This document shows, in pieces, positions 9,292-18,630 of a stretch of DNA of 64,000 nucleotides (within the stretch, counting starts at the first letter, position 1; each line of letters opens with the position of its first letter). Origin of the DNA: a virus (Duplodnaviria > Caudoviricetes); the IMG/VR virus record IMGVR_UViG_3300032030_000007, positions 96,001 through 160,000 of that record. The stretch is one strand, 5' to 3'. A program made the translations under genes and the position numbers. The notes under the pieces were generated by a model. The model was not told the DNA's origin and made no database searches. It was given only the letters and a program-made list of their open reading frames with translations.

Positions 9292-9620
9292 TGATTTGGA
9301 TTCTCAAATAACTTGATTACCATGTCTGCATACAACTGTCTGGTATTATTTTATTGAATCCATGTTTAATGTTTAACCTATTTAAATGTTATTTTATGAA
9401 TATATTTAATTGGTCGAATCTCTAATCTTCATTCTGAAGCCCTCCATCGGTTTGCGGCGACGATTAGGGTTGTTTCGCCTTCACCCATAAGCCCAGTCTC
9501 AAGAAATAATTAAAATCAAATCGGACGATCTCTTGCCATGGTTATGGACTTTATTGATATGGATTTAAAACCAAATATTGGGAAAACTTTCCACTGGATT
9601 TTCTATCTCCTTCGTTAGTT
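9292..9620 (-). ncRNA. candidate structured non-coding RNA
   Basis: About 330 nt with no sizeable ORF, GC-richer than other intergenic DNA, with several nested complementary segments and ending at a terminator. Confidence 0.35.
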
Positions 9621-9639
9621 TTTTATTTTGATTATTTAT

Positions 9640-10104
9640 TTATGAAATTATATAAGTTTTCACAGTTGTTGTATAACCTTTAGGACCTACATATTTATAT
9701 GTTCCATCTGAAATTTTTGTCATATATTTTGGATTAATAATAACTTTACCGCCATCATTCATAAATCCATCAGGTAAAAATGAATCAGATAACAAATATG
9801 TATCTTTATTATTATAAATATCTTCAATTATTTCTTTAACTTCATTTAATGTTGTAGCATATCTTCCCCATGCGCATAAACCTCCATTATAACTATAATA
9901 AAGTAATATTTCAAAATCATTTTCATGATATTTAGTATCAGTCTTAAATGCGAATTCCCAATTCCATCCTTCACCCAAGTAATATACTTTATAAATAATG
10001 AAATCCTTAAACTCATAAATTGGACCTTTTACACAACCTTCAGCAATTGATTCATTAATCCAATTTGGGTAATTCGATTCTTTAACTTTTGTTATTTTAA
10101 TCAT
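9640..10104 (-). CDS. hypothetical protein
   Basis: ORF directly downstream of the conserved promoter. Confidence 0.75.
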   Translation of the reverse strand: MIKITKVKESNYPNWINESIAEGCVKGPIYEFKDFIIYKVYYLGEGWNWEFAFKTDTKYHENDFEILLYYSYNGGLCAWGRYATTLNEVKEIIEDIYNNKDTYLLSDSFLPDGFMNDGGKVIINPKYMTKISDGTYKYVGPKGYTTTVKTYIIS

Positions 10105-10135
10105 ATTTATTATTTGTTTGTTTAATTACAAATAT

Positions 10136-10163
10136 AATATAGTACTTAATTTATAAAATTCAA
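10136..10163 (-). promoter_or_regulatory. conserved phage promoter
   Basis: TTGAAT-N16-TATATT. Confidence 0.7.
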
Positions 10164-10178
10164 ATATAATTAAAAAAA

Positions 10179-10376
10179 TTATCGAGATTCATAAATTAGT
10201 GTTGTCTTACCATGTAAACCAAACTCCTTGAAATAAATTCGTCCTGTACCATTAGGACGGAACCAATCTGAACAAAACTTAAGTCCTTCACGAGCTTCAT
10301 CTTCTGTTGCAAAGTAACCACTTATACTCGAATGAATTTCATTAATATAATTTTCAATATAATAAATTCCCTTCAT
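10179..10376 (-). CDS. hypothetical protein
   Basis: ORF in a co-oriented array. Confidence 0.7.
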   Translation of the reverse strand: MKGIYYIENYINEIHSSISGYFATEDEAREGLKFCSDWFRPNGTGRIYFKEFGLHGKTTLIYESR

Positions 10377-10382
10377 AATTAT

Positions 10383-10763
10383 TTAAATTTTTCCGTAATA
10401 CTTTTCATATGTTTCTTTTACAAACTCAATCTCTTCTTTATTACGGCGAAGTGCATTAATAAGATTAAATGAAATCATTGGATACGCAGTAGCTCCTCTG
10501 AATAGATTATCAATCTTATTGAAAAGATCTTCATCAGTAAGACTAAATTTTGTAGAATTCTTATAGAAGTTATGCTCATCAAAATTCTCAATGATTACAT
10601 AATAATCATTATCAGTATCAAGGAGCGCCTGAATAATACAGTCTTCAAGTTCATCAATATGTTCTACATAATCAACATATTCGATTGTTGAGCATCCCTT
10701 TTCAACTGCTTTATAAATCTTAAGCTTTCTTGGGAAATTTGATATCTTTCTTTTTACTTTCAT
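10383..10763 (-). CDS. hypothetical protein
   Basis: ORF in a co-oriented array. Confidence 0.7.
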   Translation of the reverse strand: MKVKRKISNFPRKLKIYKAVEKGCSTIEYVDYVEHIDELEDCIIQALLDTDNDYYVIIENFDEHNFYKNSTKFSLTDEDLFNKIDNLFRGATAYPMISFNLINALRRNKEEIEFVKETYEKYYGKI

Positions 10764-10774
10764 ATATTATTTAA

Positions 10775-10936
10775 TTAAATTTCGTTCTTCCAACTTTTAT
10801 TATGACGAAAACTGCGAGCGTATTTTTTTGCCTCAGCCTTAACCCAAGCAATCTTCTTTCCCTTTGAATTGCGATCCTTGAAATCTGATACCCAAATTTC
10901 GTTTCGCATAATAACTGATTTTCCAGATCTTTTCAT
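10775..10936 (-). CDS. small basic protein (53 aa; not in the ORF track)
   Basis: MKRSGKSVIMRNEIWVSDFKDRNSKGKKIAWVKAEAKKYARSFRHNKSWKNEI; first ORF after a promoter. Confidence 0.6.
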   Translation of the reverse strand: MKRSGKSVIMRNEIWVSDFKDRNSKGKKIAWVKAEAKKYARSFRHNKSWKNEI

Positions 10937-10973
10937 TTAAAGCTTATATTAAATTATTTGTTTGATTAATTAA

Positions 10974-11001
10974 AATATAGTATTTTTTATATAATATTCA
11001 A
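10974..11001 (-). promoter_or_regulatory. conserved phage promoter
   Basis: TTGAAT-N16-TATATT. Confidence 0.7.
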
Positions 11002-11058
11002 AATATTCACAAGAAAATATATGAACTTGTTATATTCAAATTTTAATAAGAAAAAATA

Positions 11059-11080
11059 AAGGTAGCTTATTTGCTACCTT
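11059..11080 (-). terminator. intrinsic terminator overlapping the epimerase stop
   Basis: aaggtagc-ttattt-gctacctt hairpin followed by a U-rich tract on the minus strand. Confidence 0.6.
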
Positions 11081-12098
11081 CATCTAATTTTTGAAATTGT
11101 TTAACAGTATATTCAATCATTTTACTCATTCCTTCAGTTATATCAACTTTAGGTTGCCAATTATATCTTGCAAGAGCATGAGTGTTATCACATAATGAAA
11201 ACTTATTTACTTCATGTTCAAGTATTTCTGGTTTAATTGAATATGCACCTTCGTAAAGTTGTGGATATTTTTTCCAATAATTTGAAGAATCTACATATTG
11301 GGCTTGAATATTCTTGTGCATAATATCCTGTGCAACTTCATAAATCTGGCGTACTGAATATGATTTATTTGATGAACAATTAACTGTATCAAAACCTTTA
11401 CAATCTTGAACATTTTCAAGTAAATCAGTTAAGTCATCTACATATATATAATCTCGTGCTTGTTTACCATCTGAATGGAATACTGGAACTCTATCATAAT
11501 AAAGTTCACGAATAAGATATCCTACAAATGGTGGCTGCTTACGAAGGCAATCAACATGCGGTCCATATACGTTTGCAAATCGAACACAACATACATTCAT
11601 TCCATAAGTATCACAATATGACTGAGCAAATCTTTCTGCACAATATTTTGTATTTGGATAAATTAATGTTGGTTGTGGAAAATCATTCTCAAATGTTGGA
11701 AATGCTGTACAATTTTCATACATTGCATTTGTTGATGCTTGAATAACTGTCTTAACTCCATATATTCTGCTAAGTTCAAGTATATTAACAAATCCATTAA
11801 CATTAACATCAACCGCTTCACATGGATTTGACTGACAATCTGGAAGTGGAGCAATGCCTGCTATGTTATATACATAATCAAAATTCATTGATTTAAATAT
11901 AGGTTCTAATTTCCCTCTATCTCGAATATCTATTATATTTATACCTTTACTTAAATCAGTATCTTCAAATATAAGATTATCTTCATGCCCATAAGACATA
12001 TTATCGATAAGAGTTAAATTATATCCTTCATTCAAAAATTTATATGCAAGCTGTGAACCAATAAATCCAGCAGCTCCAGTTATTAAAATTTTACTCAT
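11067..12098 (-). CDS. NAD-dependent NDP-sugar epimerase/dehydratase (extended SDR)
   Basis: TGAAGFIGS (GxxGxxG), AST, YPNTK (YxxxK), RFANVYGP, RDYIYVDD. Confidence 0.9.
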   Translation of the reverse strand: MSKILITGAAGFIGSQLAYKFLNEGYNLTLIDNMSYGHEDNLIFEDTDLSKGINIIDIRDRGKLEPIFKSMNFDYVYNIAGIAPLPDCQSNPCEAVDVNVNGFVNILELSRIYGVKTVIQASTNAMYENCTAFPTFENDFPQPTLIYPNTKYCAERFAQSYCDTYGMNVCCVRFANVYGPHVDCLRKQPPFVGYLIRELYYDRVPVFHSDGKQARDYIYVDDLTDLLENVQDCKGFDTVNCSSNKSYSVRQIYEVAQDIMHKNIQAQYVDSSNYWKKYPQLYEGAYSIKPEILEHEVNKFSLCDNTHALARYNWQPKVDITEGMSKMIEYTVKQFQKLDEGSK

Positions 12099-12101
12099 AT
12101 A

Positions 12102-12665
12102 TTATTTATTTAATTTATTTACATCTATATAATTAATTCCTGCATTATATGCTGCAAGACATCCTGTATCTGAATCTTCAAATACTATAGCATTATCTTT
12201 ATTTACTTTTAATAATTCTAATGCTTTATCATATACTTCAGAATGTGGTTTTCCAAACTTAACATCTTCTCCAGTTATAATAACATCAAAATATTCTTTA
12301 ATACTAAAATAATTTAATACATTATAAAGATTTTCTTTAGAAGCAGTTGATGCAATACATGTTTTAATTCCTATTGCTTTAGAATATGCAATAAATTTCA
12401 GTAATGATTCATTGAGTTCAAGCCAAGAAAAGAATTTTGGATATGATTCTTTCTTTTCTTTCTTAATGTCATCTCTTATTTCTTTTGGAACATTTAATTT
12501 ATCACAAAGTCCATCAAATCGTAATCCAAAACATTCTTTATATTGTTCTTTCTTAAGATCTATACCATGATTCTTAAATACTAACTTATAAGCAAAATAA
12601 TTTGCCATAAATGTATTTACTAATGTTCCATCAAAATCTGTTATAACTGCATCTATTCGTCCCAT
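12102..12665 (-). CDS. HAD-superfamily (beta-PGM-like) sugar phosphatase or phosphomutase
   Basis: DFDGTL motif I, AST motif II, KP motif III, FEDS motif IV. Confidence 0.88.
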   Translation of the reverse strand: MGRIDAVITDFDGTLVNTFMANYFAYKLVFKNHGIDLKKEQYKECFGLRFDGLCDKLNVPKEIRDDIKKEKKESYPKFFSWLELNESLLKFIAYSKAIGIKTCIASTASKENLYNVLNYFSIKEYFDVIITGEDVKFGKPHSEVYDKALELLKVNKDNAIVFEDSDTGCLAAYNAGINYIDVNKLNK

Positions 12666-13444
12666 ATATTTCTATCGTAATTATAATGTTCTAAATCGTA
12701 GGGTGTTCCAAATGACCAATAATGATCAATATGCATATTCATATCAACTATTTGTACATTGGCTTTAATTATTTTTATAATATAGTTAAATACACCTGAT
12801 AAATATAATTCTTTCGTTTTAATATTTCCTTTTTCAAAATCTTTAATATATTGTTCTGATGCTAATTTTAAATTTTTTCCAATACCTAAACAATAACATC
12901 CACCAATAGCATATGTTGATATAGGATCCTTTTCTACAAGATAATCTCCATAATGTGTATTAATTGGGTGTATAAAACTATAAATAGGATTTTTTGAATA
13001 AAATGTTAATACCATTGGAATATGAGAATCATAAAAACATCTTTCACCAATTTGTCTTTTATAAGATAAACATTCAAATTTAATGTCACAATCCATTGAT
13101 ATTACATAATCTTCATCATCAATTAATTCTTTTGCTAACATTAATGTTTCTAATGCACCTCTTGTAGTTTTTTCAACAGATATAATATTTGCATTAGGAT
13201 AATATTTTTTGATTTCTTCATCAATATGATAATCAGTTATAAATTCTTTACGAACAATAAAAGTATATTTAATATTCATATTGAAATATGTTTTTAATTG
13301 TTCAAAATTTAAACTTTCTAATGAATGCCTATACAATTCTTTACCTTCAAATTTAATCAAAGGTTTTGGAACTGTATATCCTGCATCTTTAAATCGACTG
13401 CCTTCTCCAGCCATTGGCATTATAATATGTAATGTTCTCATCAA
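12653..13444 (-). CDS. sugar-1-phosphate nucleotidyltransferase
   Basis: IIMPMAGEGSRF...PKPLI, TRGALET, DCD, VEK, FGTPYDL. Confidence 0.88.
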   Translation of the reverse strand: MMRTLHIIMPMAGEGSRFKDAGYTVPKPLIKFEGKELYRHSLESLNFEQLKTYFNMNIKYTFIVRKEFITDYHIDEEIKKYYPNANIISVEKTTRGALETLMLAKELIDDEDYVISMDCDIKFECLSYKRQIGERCFYDSHIPMVLTFYSKNPIYSFIHPINTHYGDYLVEKDPISTYAIGGCYCLGIGKNLKLASEQYIKDFEKGNIKTKELYLSGVFNYIIKIIKANVQIVDMNMHIDHYWSFGTPYDLEHYNYDRNIWDE

Positions 13445-14295
13445 TCTTTAATTTTTATTTCTTTACATAAACTTGCAGGTATACTATTATATATAAATAT
13501 TGCTTCCTTTTGATGCATTGCAGTATCTTTATATATTGGAAAATTTGTATGATATAAATCAACTTTTATGATACCAAGATCTTCTATTGTTTTATCTTCT
13601 CCAAATAATTCTTTTATAAAATTGTCTAAATCTTTATTAGTTTTTAAATTTTTATCAGCTCCTGCCCATAAATAAATTCTTTCAGGATAATTAAGCCAAT
13701 ATCCAGATTTTCCTTTTAATTTAATTCCATTTTTTAATATATTTTTAACATTACTTTTATAAGTAAAATGATATGCCTGTCTTTTTAATTTATTAAAATA
13801 ATCTGTTGCATCTTCTGAATATATCGGTTCAATAAAAAGACATATATGTCCTTCAATAATTTCACGTTCTCTATATTTATAATTGAAGAAATTTAAAAGT
13901 TTAAAAAATACTTCAGTATCTCCTGAATGTTTTCTTAAATCAGATATATTTAATTTGGCCTTTTTTGTTATATTATTATATTCTGTTTTTAATATTATCC
14001 AAAATGAATATTTATCTTCAGAACCTTCATATTTTTTGAAACTCTTAATTTCATCTCCATAATATTCTAACAATTTTTCTTGTAATTTCTTTGTATTATG
14101 CGTCTTAAGATTTTCATTTATATAATTAAATCCAAATTTATATAATATTCTATTTTCAAATAATTCAATTAAATTATTTGGTATATTATTTTTTCCATAA
14201 AAATCTTTTAATTGCTCATAAAAATATTCATTACTATTTTCTAATTTTAATGTTGGATGTAAAATATCATCCATATATTCTTTAATTTTCTTCAT
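13441..14295 (-). CDS. ADP-ribosyltransferase-fold (Tpt1/KptA C-domain-like) protein
   Basis: AYHFT...NVKNILKNGI, ERIYL and IYNSIP motifs; N-terminus MKKIKEY. Confidence 0.55.
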   Translation of the reverse strand: MKKIKEYMDDILHPTLKLENSNEYFYEQLKDFYGKNNIPNNLIELFENRILYKFGFNYINENLKTHNTKKLQEKLLEYYGDEIKSFKKYEGSEDKYSFWIILKTEYNNITKKAKLNISDLRKHSGDTEVFFKLLNFFNYKYREREIIEGHICLFIEPIYSEDATDYFNKLKRQAYHFTYKSNVKNILKNGIKLKGKSGYWLNYPERIYLWAGADKNLKTNKDLDNFIKELFGEDKTIEDLGIIKVDLYHTNFPIYKDTAMHQKEAIFIYNSIPASLCKEIKIKD

Positions 14296-14313
14296 ATTTT
14301 CTTTTATTCTTTT

Positions 14314-15030
14314 TTATTGTTCTTTACTAATCATATCATCAAGAAATTTAAAATGTCTTTCATAAATATGTAATGAACCTGCGTTCCAAATAATATTGTC
14401 ACAAATTATTTCTTTATTTAATGCTGTATGTTCACTTAATTTTTGCGCTAACATTAATTGAACGTTCTGATGCCATAATGCATCATTATCAAAACCAAAT
14501 ACAGCATCATTTGAACGCATATAAACAATATATTTTAAATGCATTTGATTATCTTCATCTTCATTTAAGAAACATTGTACAGCATAAGTACAACAAAAAT
14601 CATGCATACCGCCTTTACAATATTCTTCTTGCATACTTGGACGATTATATATCATACAAGCTTCACGTGTATGTGGGTCATTTAATAGTTTCATAAAACA
14701 ATTATCAAATTGTGATCCATTTTCTTTTGACCAAATCATCCATCCATAATTTGAATTAATAAGTCCTTCTGATGTTGCACAAGCTTTCCACATTTTAGGT
14801 GCTCCTCCAGGTATATCATTAACATTCAGACTTTGTGATTTATACCATTCAAATTCTTTATTAAAATATTCATAATTTGGCTCACGTATTATCCAAGGTT
14901 TATCAACTTCAAACTGAACATTCTGAAGTTCTATTGTTTTTGATTGTTGAACTTTATTTCCTATAATACGAAATTTCTTTTGAGCATATTTTTGAATGAA
15001 TTCTTTTTTAATATCTTCAGTATTCAACAT
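14314..15030 (-). CDS. gp42: dCMP hydroxymethylase (T4 gp42 homolog)
   Basis: Near-collinear with recalled T4 gp42 (EWYKS.SL.V.DIPG..PK.W, INSNYGW.IWS, MIY.RPSMQ, GM.DF.CT with the catalytic Cys, MRSND.VFGF.ND with the dCMP-specifying Asp, IIWN.GSLH.Y.RHF). Confidence 0.92.
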   Translation of the reverse strand: MLNTEDIKKEFIQKYAQKKFRIIGNKVQQSKTIELQNVQFEVDKPWIIREPNYEYFNKEFEWYKSQSLNVNDIPGGAPKMWKACATSEGLINSNYGWMIWSKENGSQFDNCFMKLLNDPHTREACMIYNRPSMQEEYCKGGMHDFCCTYAVQCFLNEDEDNQMHLKYIVYMRSNDAVFGFDNDALWHQNVQLMLAQKLSEHTALNKEIICDNIIWNAGSLHIYERHFKFLDDMISKEQ

Positions 15031-15033
15031 ATA

Positions 15034-15600
15034 TTATTTATTAGATATTTTTTCTTTTTTATTATAAATGAAATCAAATGCATCTTGATATATATCATCT
15101 TTATCTCTGAATTTATCTCCATCATTAATATATATCATTTTTTTATTAAGTTTTGATTTATCAAATATTTCTTTAAATCTTCTGACTTCAGCACCTATTG
15201 AATTAATATTTCCTTTTGATAAAGATTTATTATCATCATTCTTTAAAAGTAATGTTTCTGATGTTGATAATAATTGAATATAATATGTTTCTATATCATA
15301 TTTCAAATATATGTTATCTATTTCATTAATTATATCTAATGCATCTTTATCAGAAATTCCTCTATATAAACACCCATATACATATTCTCCATAATGACTT
15401 CTATTCAGAATTATTGCATCAGTATCATATACCTTATTGACTATTGCATATGCATAACCTCTAAATAAAGTATTTTGAATATATTTGTTCTCTGGTTTTG
15501 TATAATGAATATTTGTTACAGTTAAGAAATTTTCAGATAATCTTTGAATTAATGAATCTTTTCCACAATTATCAGGTCCTTCGATAATGATTAATTTCAT
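15034..15600 (-). CDS. dNMP/thymidylate-kinase-like protein (probable hm-dCMP kinase)
   Basis: P-loop IEGPDNCGK and the NRSHYGEYVY motif; adjacent to the gp42 homolog. Confidence 0.8.
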   Translation of the reverse strand: MKLIIIEGPDNCGKDSLIQRLSENFLTVTNIHYTKPENKYIQNTLFRGYAYAIVNKVYDTDAIILNRSHYGEYVYGCLYRGISDKDALDIINEIDNIYLKYDIETYYIQLLSTSETLLLKNDDNKSLSKGNINSIGAEVRRFKEIFDKSKLNKKMIYINDGDKFRDKDDIYQDAFDFIYNKKEKISNK

Positions 15601-15693
15601 TCGTTAAATTGCTCATATATATTTATTATTTAAGTTAATTAATTATTTTTATATAAAATAGAACTTTTTTAAAAATAGTTAAATCATATTACT

Positions 15694-17298
15694 ATGAATA
15701 TTGAACAAAAATTTAATTATAGAGATCCAATCGCTATATCTGAAGTATATGAAAATCTAGATAAAGTTCGTAAAGAACGTCGTGAAAAAGAAATATTAGA
15801 AGCTAAACAACAGAAAGAAGAAGGCGCATATTTCTTTAAGAACATACTTTTCTTTACAAACGATAGAGATTCAAAATCAAATAAGACATTAAAGAATCTC
15901 GAAGATGCTGTCAAAGGCAAAGACGTAACAATCTATCCATTCGTTGCTGAAGAAATCGATTATAAAGCTACTGATGATAAAATAGTATTTAATGACAATA
16001 AAAACAAATATAAGATAACAGAACAATCTAATATTGATACTATTGTCATAACACGTCTTGGTATTCAAGAATCTGAAGAATGTATGGAACTTATTAAAGA
16101 ACTTCAGGACTGGGGATTTTTTGTTATCAATCCAGTGCAATCTGCAAAGAAAGCTTCTAATAAGTATACATCTGCTGTATTGATGGAACGTTATGAAATT
16201 CCACAACCTAAGTTTACATTAATATCTAAAAATGATATCAAAGATGGTGAAGAATCATTAAATAAGAAACTTAAGACAATATATAAAGAAGTTGGAAAAG
16301 ATAAAGACAAAGATAAAGAATTAGAATATGTTGTTAAGATTCTTGATGGACATGGCGGAACTGGTGTAACAATGCAGACAGGTAAGACATTATTATCTAT
16401 GCTTCAGATGGCATTTGCTGTAGATGAAGAACTTGAATTATTAGTTCAGAAAAAAGAAGAAGCAGATGGAGGAGATATTCGTGTCCATGTTTTGACTATG
16501 AGAACTGAACAGAAGATACTTGCTGCTATGAAACGTGTTAAGATTGGTGGTGACTTCCGTTCAAATGTATCTTTAGGAGCTACTGCAGAAAAAGTTACAT
16601 TAACTAAAGAACAAGAAGAAATTGCACTTAAAGTTGCTAAAATTTCGGGTATGCCTTGGTGTGCTGTAGATATCATGCCATTAGTAAAAGGATCAAATCC
16701 TGAAATTGGAGATAATGTAGTATTAGAGTATAATGCATCTCCAGGTACTGATGGAATATCTGAAGTAATAGAAGAAAACTTTATGAAGATATTACTTGAT
16801 AATATTAACGATATTAATCAATTAGTACTTGCACCTAAAGCAATAGGTTATCTTGAAAATGTAACATTCACAATGGATAATGATGATGAGTTTACAATGG
16901 AAGCTAAACTTGATACAGGTAATGGTGCTAAAGCTTCTACAATAGGATGCGACGAGTTAACTTATAGAGGTGATACAATCGTTGCTACTATTGAAGGTAA
17001 GAAATATAATTTTACAAAACATGGCGAATCAAATGCTATTGTTGGTCAAGTAACAGAAACAAGAAATACAGTATTAGTACCTTGCATTCAGATTGGTTCT
17101 CGTAAATTATTAGATGTTGAATTTGCTTTGGTTGATAATAGAAAGAAGAAACAAAAAGTATTATTGAATAGAGACATAATGAGTAAGATGGGTTATCTTA
17201 TTAGTCCTGCAAAGAAACATGTACTTGAAGATGATCTTGCTTGGGATTTTGAACAGCAAAAACTTAAAGCAGAACAAGAAAAAAATAATACAAAATAA
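15694..17298 (+). CDS. rimK: RimK-family ATP-grasp ligase fused to a retropepsin-like (DUF785) protease domain
   Basis: NKYTS, VVK..GHGGTGV, DIRVHV, FRSNVSLG, AVD, LEYNASPG; C-terminal EAKLDTGNG...LLNR. Confidence 0.85.
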   Translation: MNIEQKFNYRDPIAISEVYENLDKVRKERREKEILEAKQQKEEGAYFFKNILFFTNDRDSKSNKTLKNLEDAVKGKDVTIYPFVAEEIDYKATDDKIVFNDNKNKYKITEQSNIDTIVITRLGIQESEECMELIKELQDWGFFVINPVQSAKKASNKYTSAVLMERYEIPQPKFTLISKNDIKDGEESLNKKLKTIYKEVGKDKDKDKELEYVVKILDGHGGTGVTMQTGKTLLSMLQMAFAVDEELELLVQKKEEADGGDIRVHVLTMRTEQKILAAMKRVKIGGDFRSNVSLGATAEKVTLTKEQEEIALKVAKISGMPWCAVDIMPLVKGSNPEIGDNVVLEYNASPGTDGISEVIEENFMKILLDNINDINQLVLAPKAIGYLENVTFTMDNDDEFTMEAKLDTGNGAKASTIGCDELTYRGDTIVATIEGKKYNFTKHGESNAIVGQVTETRNTVLVPCIQIGSRKLLDVEFALVDNRKKKQKVLLNRDIMSKMGYLISPAKKHVLEDDLAWDFEQQKLKAEQEKNNTK

Positions 17299-17319
17299 TT
17301 TTATAAAAGATAATATATT

Positions 17320-17817
17320 ATGAGATCAATTAAACAAGTTATAACAGAAGCTAATGAATCTAAAGATAAGACCTGGAAGCAAATTAGAAAAGGAGATACA
17401 ATTTACTATTTAGAATGTTATAATTCAGATAAAAATCATAAGATAGAAGTTGCAACAGTAACTAAGTCAATGTATTATGAAACAATGTATCTTGGTGGTG
17501 ATTATAGAGTTCCTGAAAATTATGCTATAGAATTTACTCGTAAATCAAAGAATAAAGAAGGTTCTGCTGTTATTTGGAAAGAAGACTGGGATAAAAAAAT
17601 TTTATGTTCCACTTCAATGGATGGCACAGTATTTCATTATATTTCTACAGATAGAGAGTTATTAACAGAATTCCAAGAAAAACTTGTAGATGATGACGTT
17701 AAGAAAATTGAAAAGGAAATTGAAAAGTTCACCATTCAATATGAATCTAAAAAGAAAGAATTGGAAGATAAGATGAATGCTTTAATAGCAAAGAAATTAG
17801 AAAAATATGAAGACTAA
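17320..17817 (+). CDS. putative internal head protein (KGDxxY family plus coiled coil)
   Basis: N-terminus MRSIKQVITE; WKQIRKGDTIYY motif; C-terminal coiled coil. Confidence 0.65.
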   Translation: MRSIKQVITEANESKDKTWKQIRKGDTIYYLECYNSDKNHKIEVATVTKSMYYETMYLGGDYRVPENYAIEFTRKSKNKEGSAVIWKEDWDKKILCSTSMDGTVFHYISTDRELLTEFQEKLVDDDVKKIEKEIEKFTIQYESKKKELEDKMNALIAKKLEKYED

Positions 17818-17819
17818 TT

Positions 17820-18353
17820 ATGAAAGATATAACTAAATATATAAATGAATCCTTAGATAATGCTATATTTGAAGGATTTTTAGATAAATTGAAAAATGCA
17901 ATTTATAAAGTAACAAATAATCCTAAAAAATATTTTAAAATAGTAAATGATAAATTACAATATTTAAAAGATAAAGAAGATTACAATTATTTCAAAAAGA
18001 AAGATCCTGAAGAAGTTTCTAAAGAATTAGATAATCTTAATAATGATAAAGATCTAAAAGATATATATCTTTATGCAAAAAAAGATTATAAAAATTTATC
18101 ATATTATGAAAATAACGAATATAATTATATGCATTTTATTAAAGACATTAAAGAATATTTTAATTGTGATGACAATAAAGCATATGCAATTATGCAGATA
18201 GCATTAGTAATTGCTAACGAAATAAAACAAGAAGAAAAGAAAAAGAAAGAAAAAGAAAAATCATATTATAATTATTCAAATAGATCTAGTGGTTCCAATA
18301 CTGCTGCTTTTGTAGGATCTGCTGTTGCAGCAGCTATGGTAATGCACAAATAA
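17820..18353 (+). CDS. putative internal head protein
   Basis: N-terminus MKDITKYINES; hydrophobic Ala-rich C-terminus. Confidence 0.65.
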   Translation: MKDITKYINESLDNAIFEGFLDKLKNAIYKVTNNPKKYFKIVNDKLQYLKDKEDYNYFKKKDPEEVSKELDNLNNDKDLKDIYLYAKKDYKNLSYYENNEYNYMHFIKDIKEYFNCDDNKAYAIMQIALVIANEIKQEEKKKKEKEKSYYNYSNRSSGSNTAAFVGSAVAAAMVMHK

Positions 18354-18394
18354 AAATATAAATAGTTTAAATAAGATATAAGTAAATCATAAAT

Positions 18395-18595
18395 ATGAAA
18401 AGACTTAAGATATATTTAGAGGAATTATTTGCAACACCAGCAACAACAATAGGCATGGGTAATGTATCTATGCCAGCTGAACCTAATGTACAAGGTGGTT
18501 CTGGAGATGTTCCTGTATGTCCTCAGTGCATAGATATTAAGACTGGTAAAATTTATAAAAGAAAAAAGAAATTTAAAAGATATAAGATAATATGA
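18395..18595 (+). CDS. small putative internal head protein
   Basis: MKRLKIYLEE; ATPATTIGMGNV...GSGD; basic tail. Confidence 0.65.
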   Translation: MKRLKIYLEELFATPATTIGMGNVSMPAEPNVQGGSGDVPVCPQCIDIKTGKIYKRKKKFKRYKII

Positions 18596-18598
18596 AAC

Positions 18599-18625
18599 AT
18601 AAGGGTAACTTAATGTTACCCTTAT
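18599..18625. terminator. bidirectional intrinsic terminator
   Basis: ataagggtaac-ttaat-gttacccttat between convergent genes. Confidence 0.8.
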
Positions 18626-18630
18626 ATTTT

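Noticed and set aside
9400-9600. RNase P or group I intron identity for the candidate ncRNA (AAAGUCC and GAGACU words)
   Set aside because: The other conserved elements are missing or in the wrong order, and no interrupted gene flanks it
2105-13444. Bacterial capsule/LPS locus
   Set aside because: There are no export or polymerase genes, the GTs resemble phage DNA glycosyltransferases, and the genes are co-operonic with gp42 and a dNMP kinase in a phage context
14314-15030. Thymidylate synthase or dUMP hydroxymethylase
   Set aside because: It has Asp at the specificity position (FGFDND) and gp42-specific motifs, indicating a dCMP substrate
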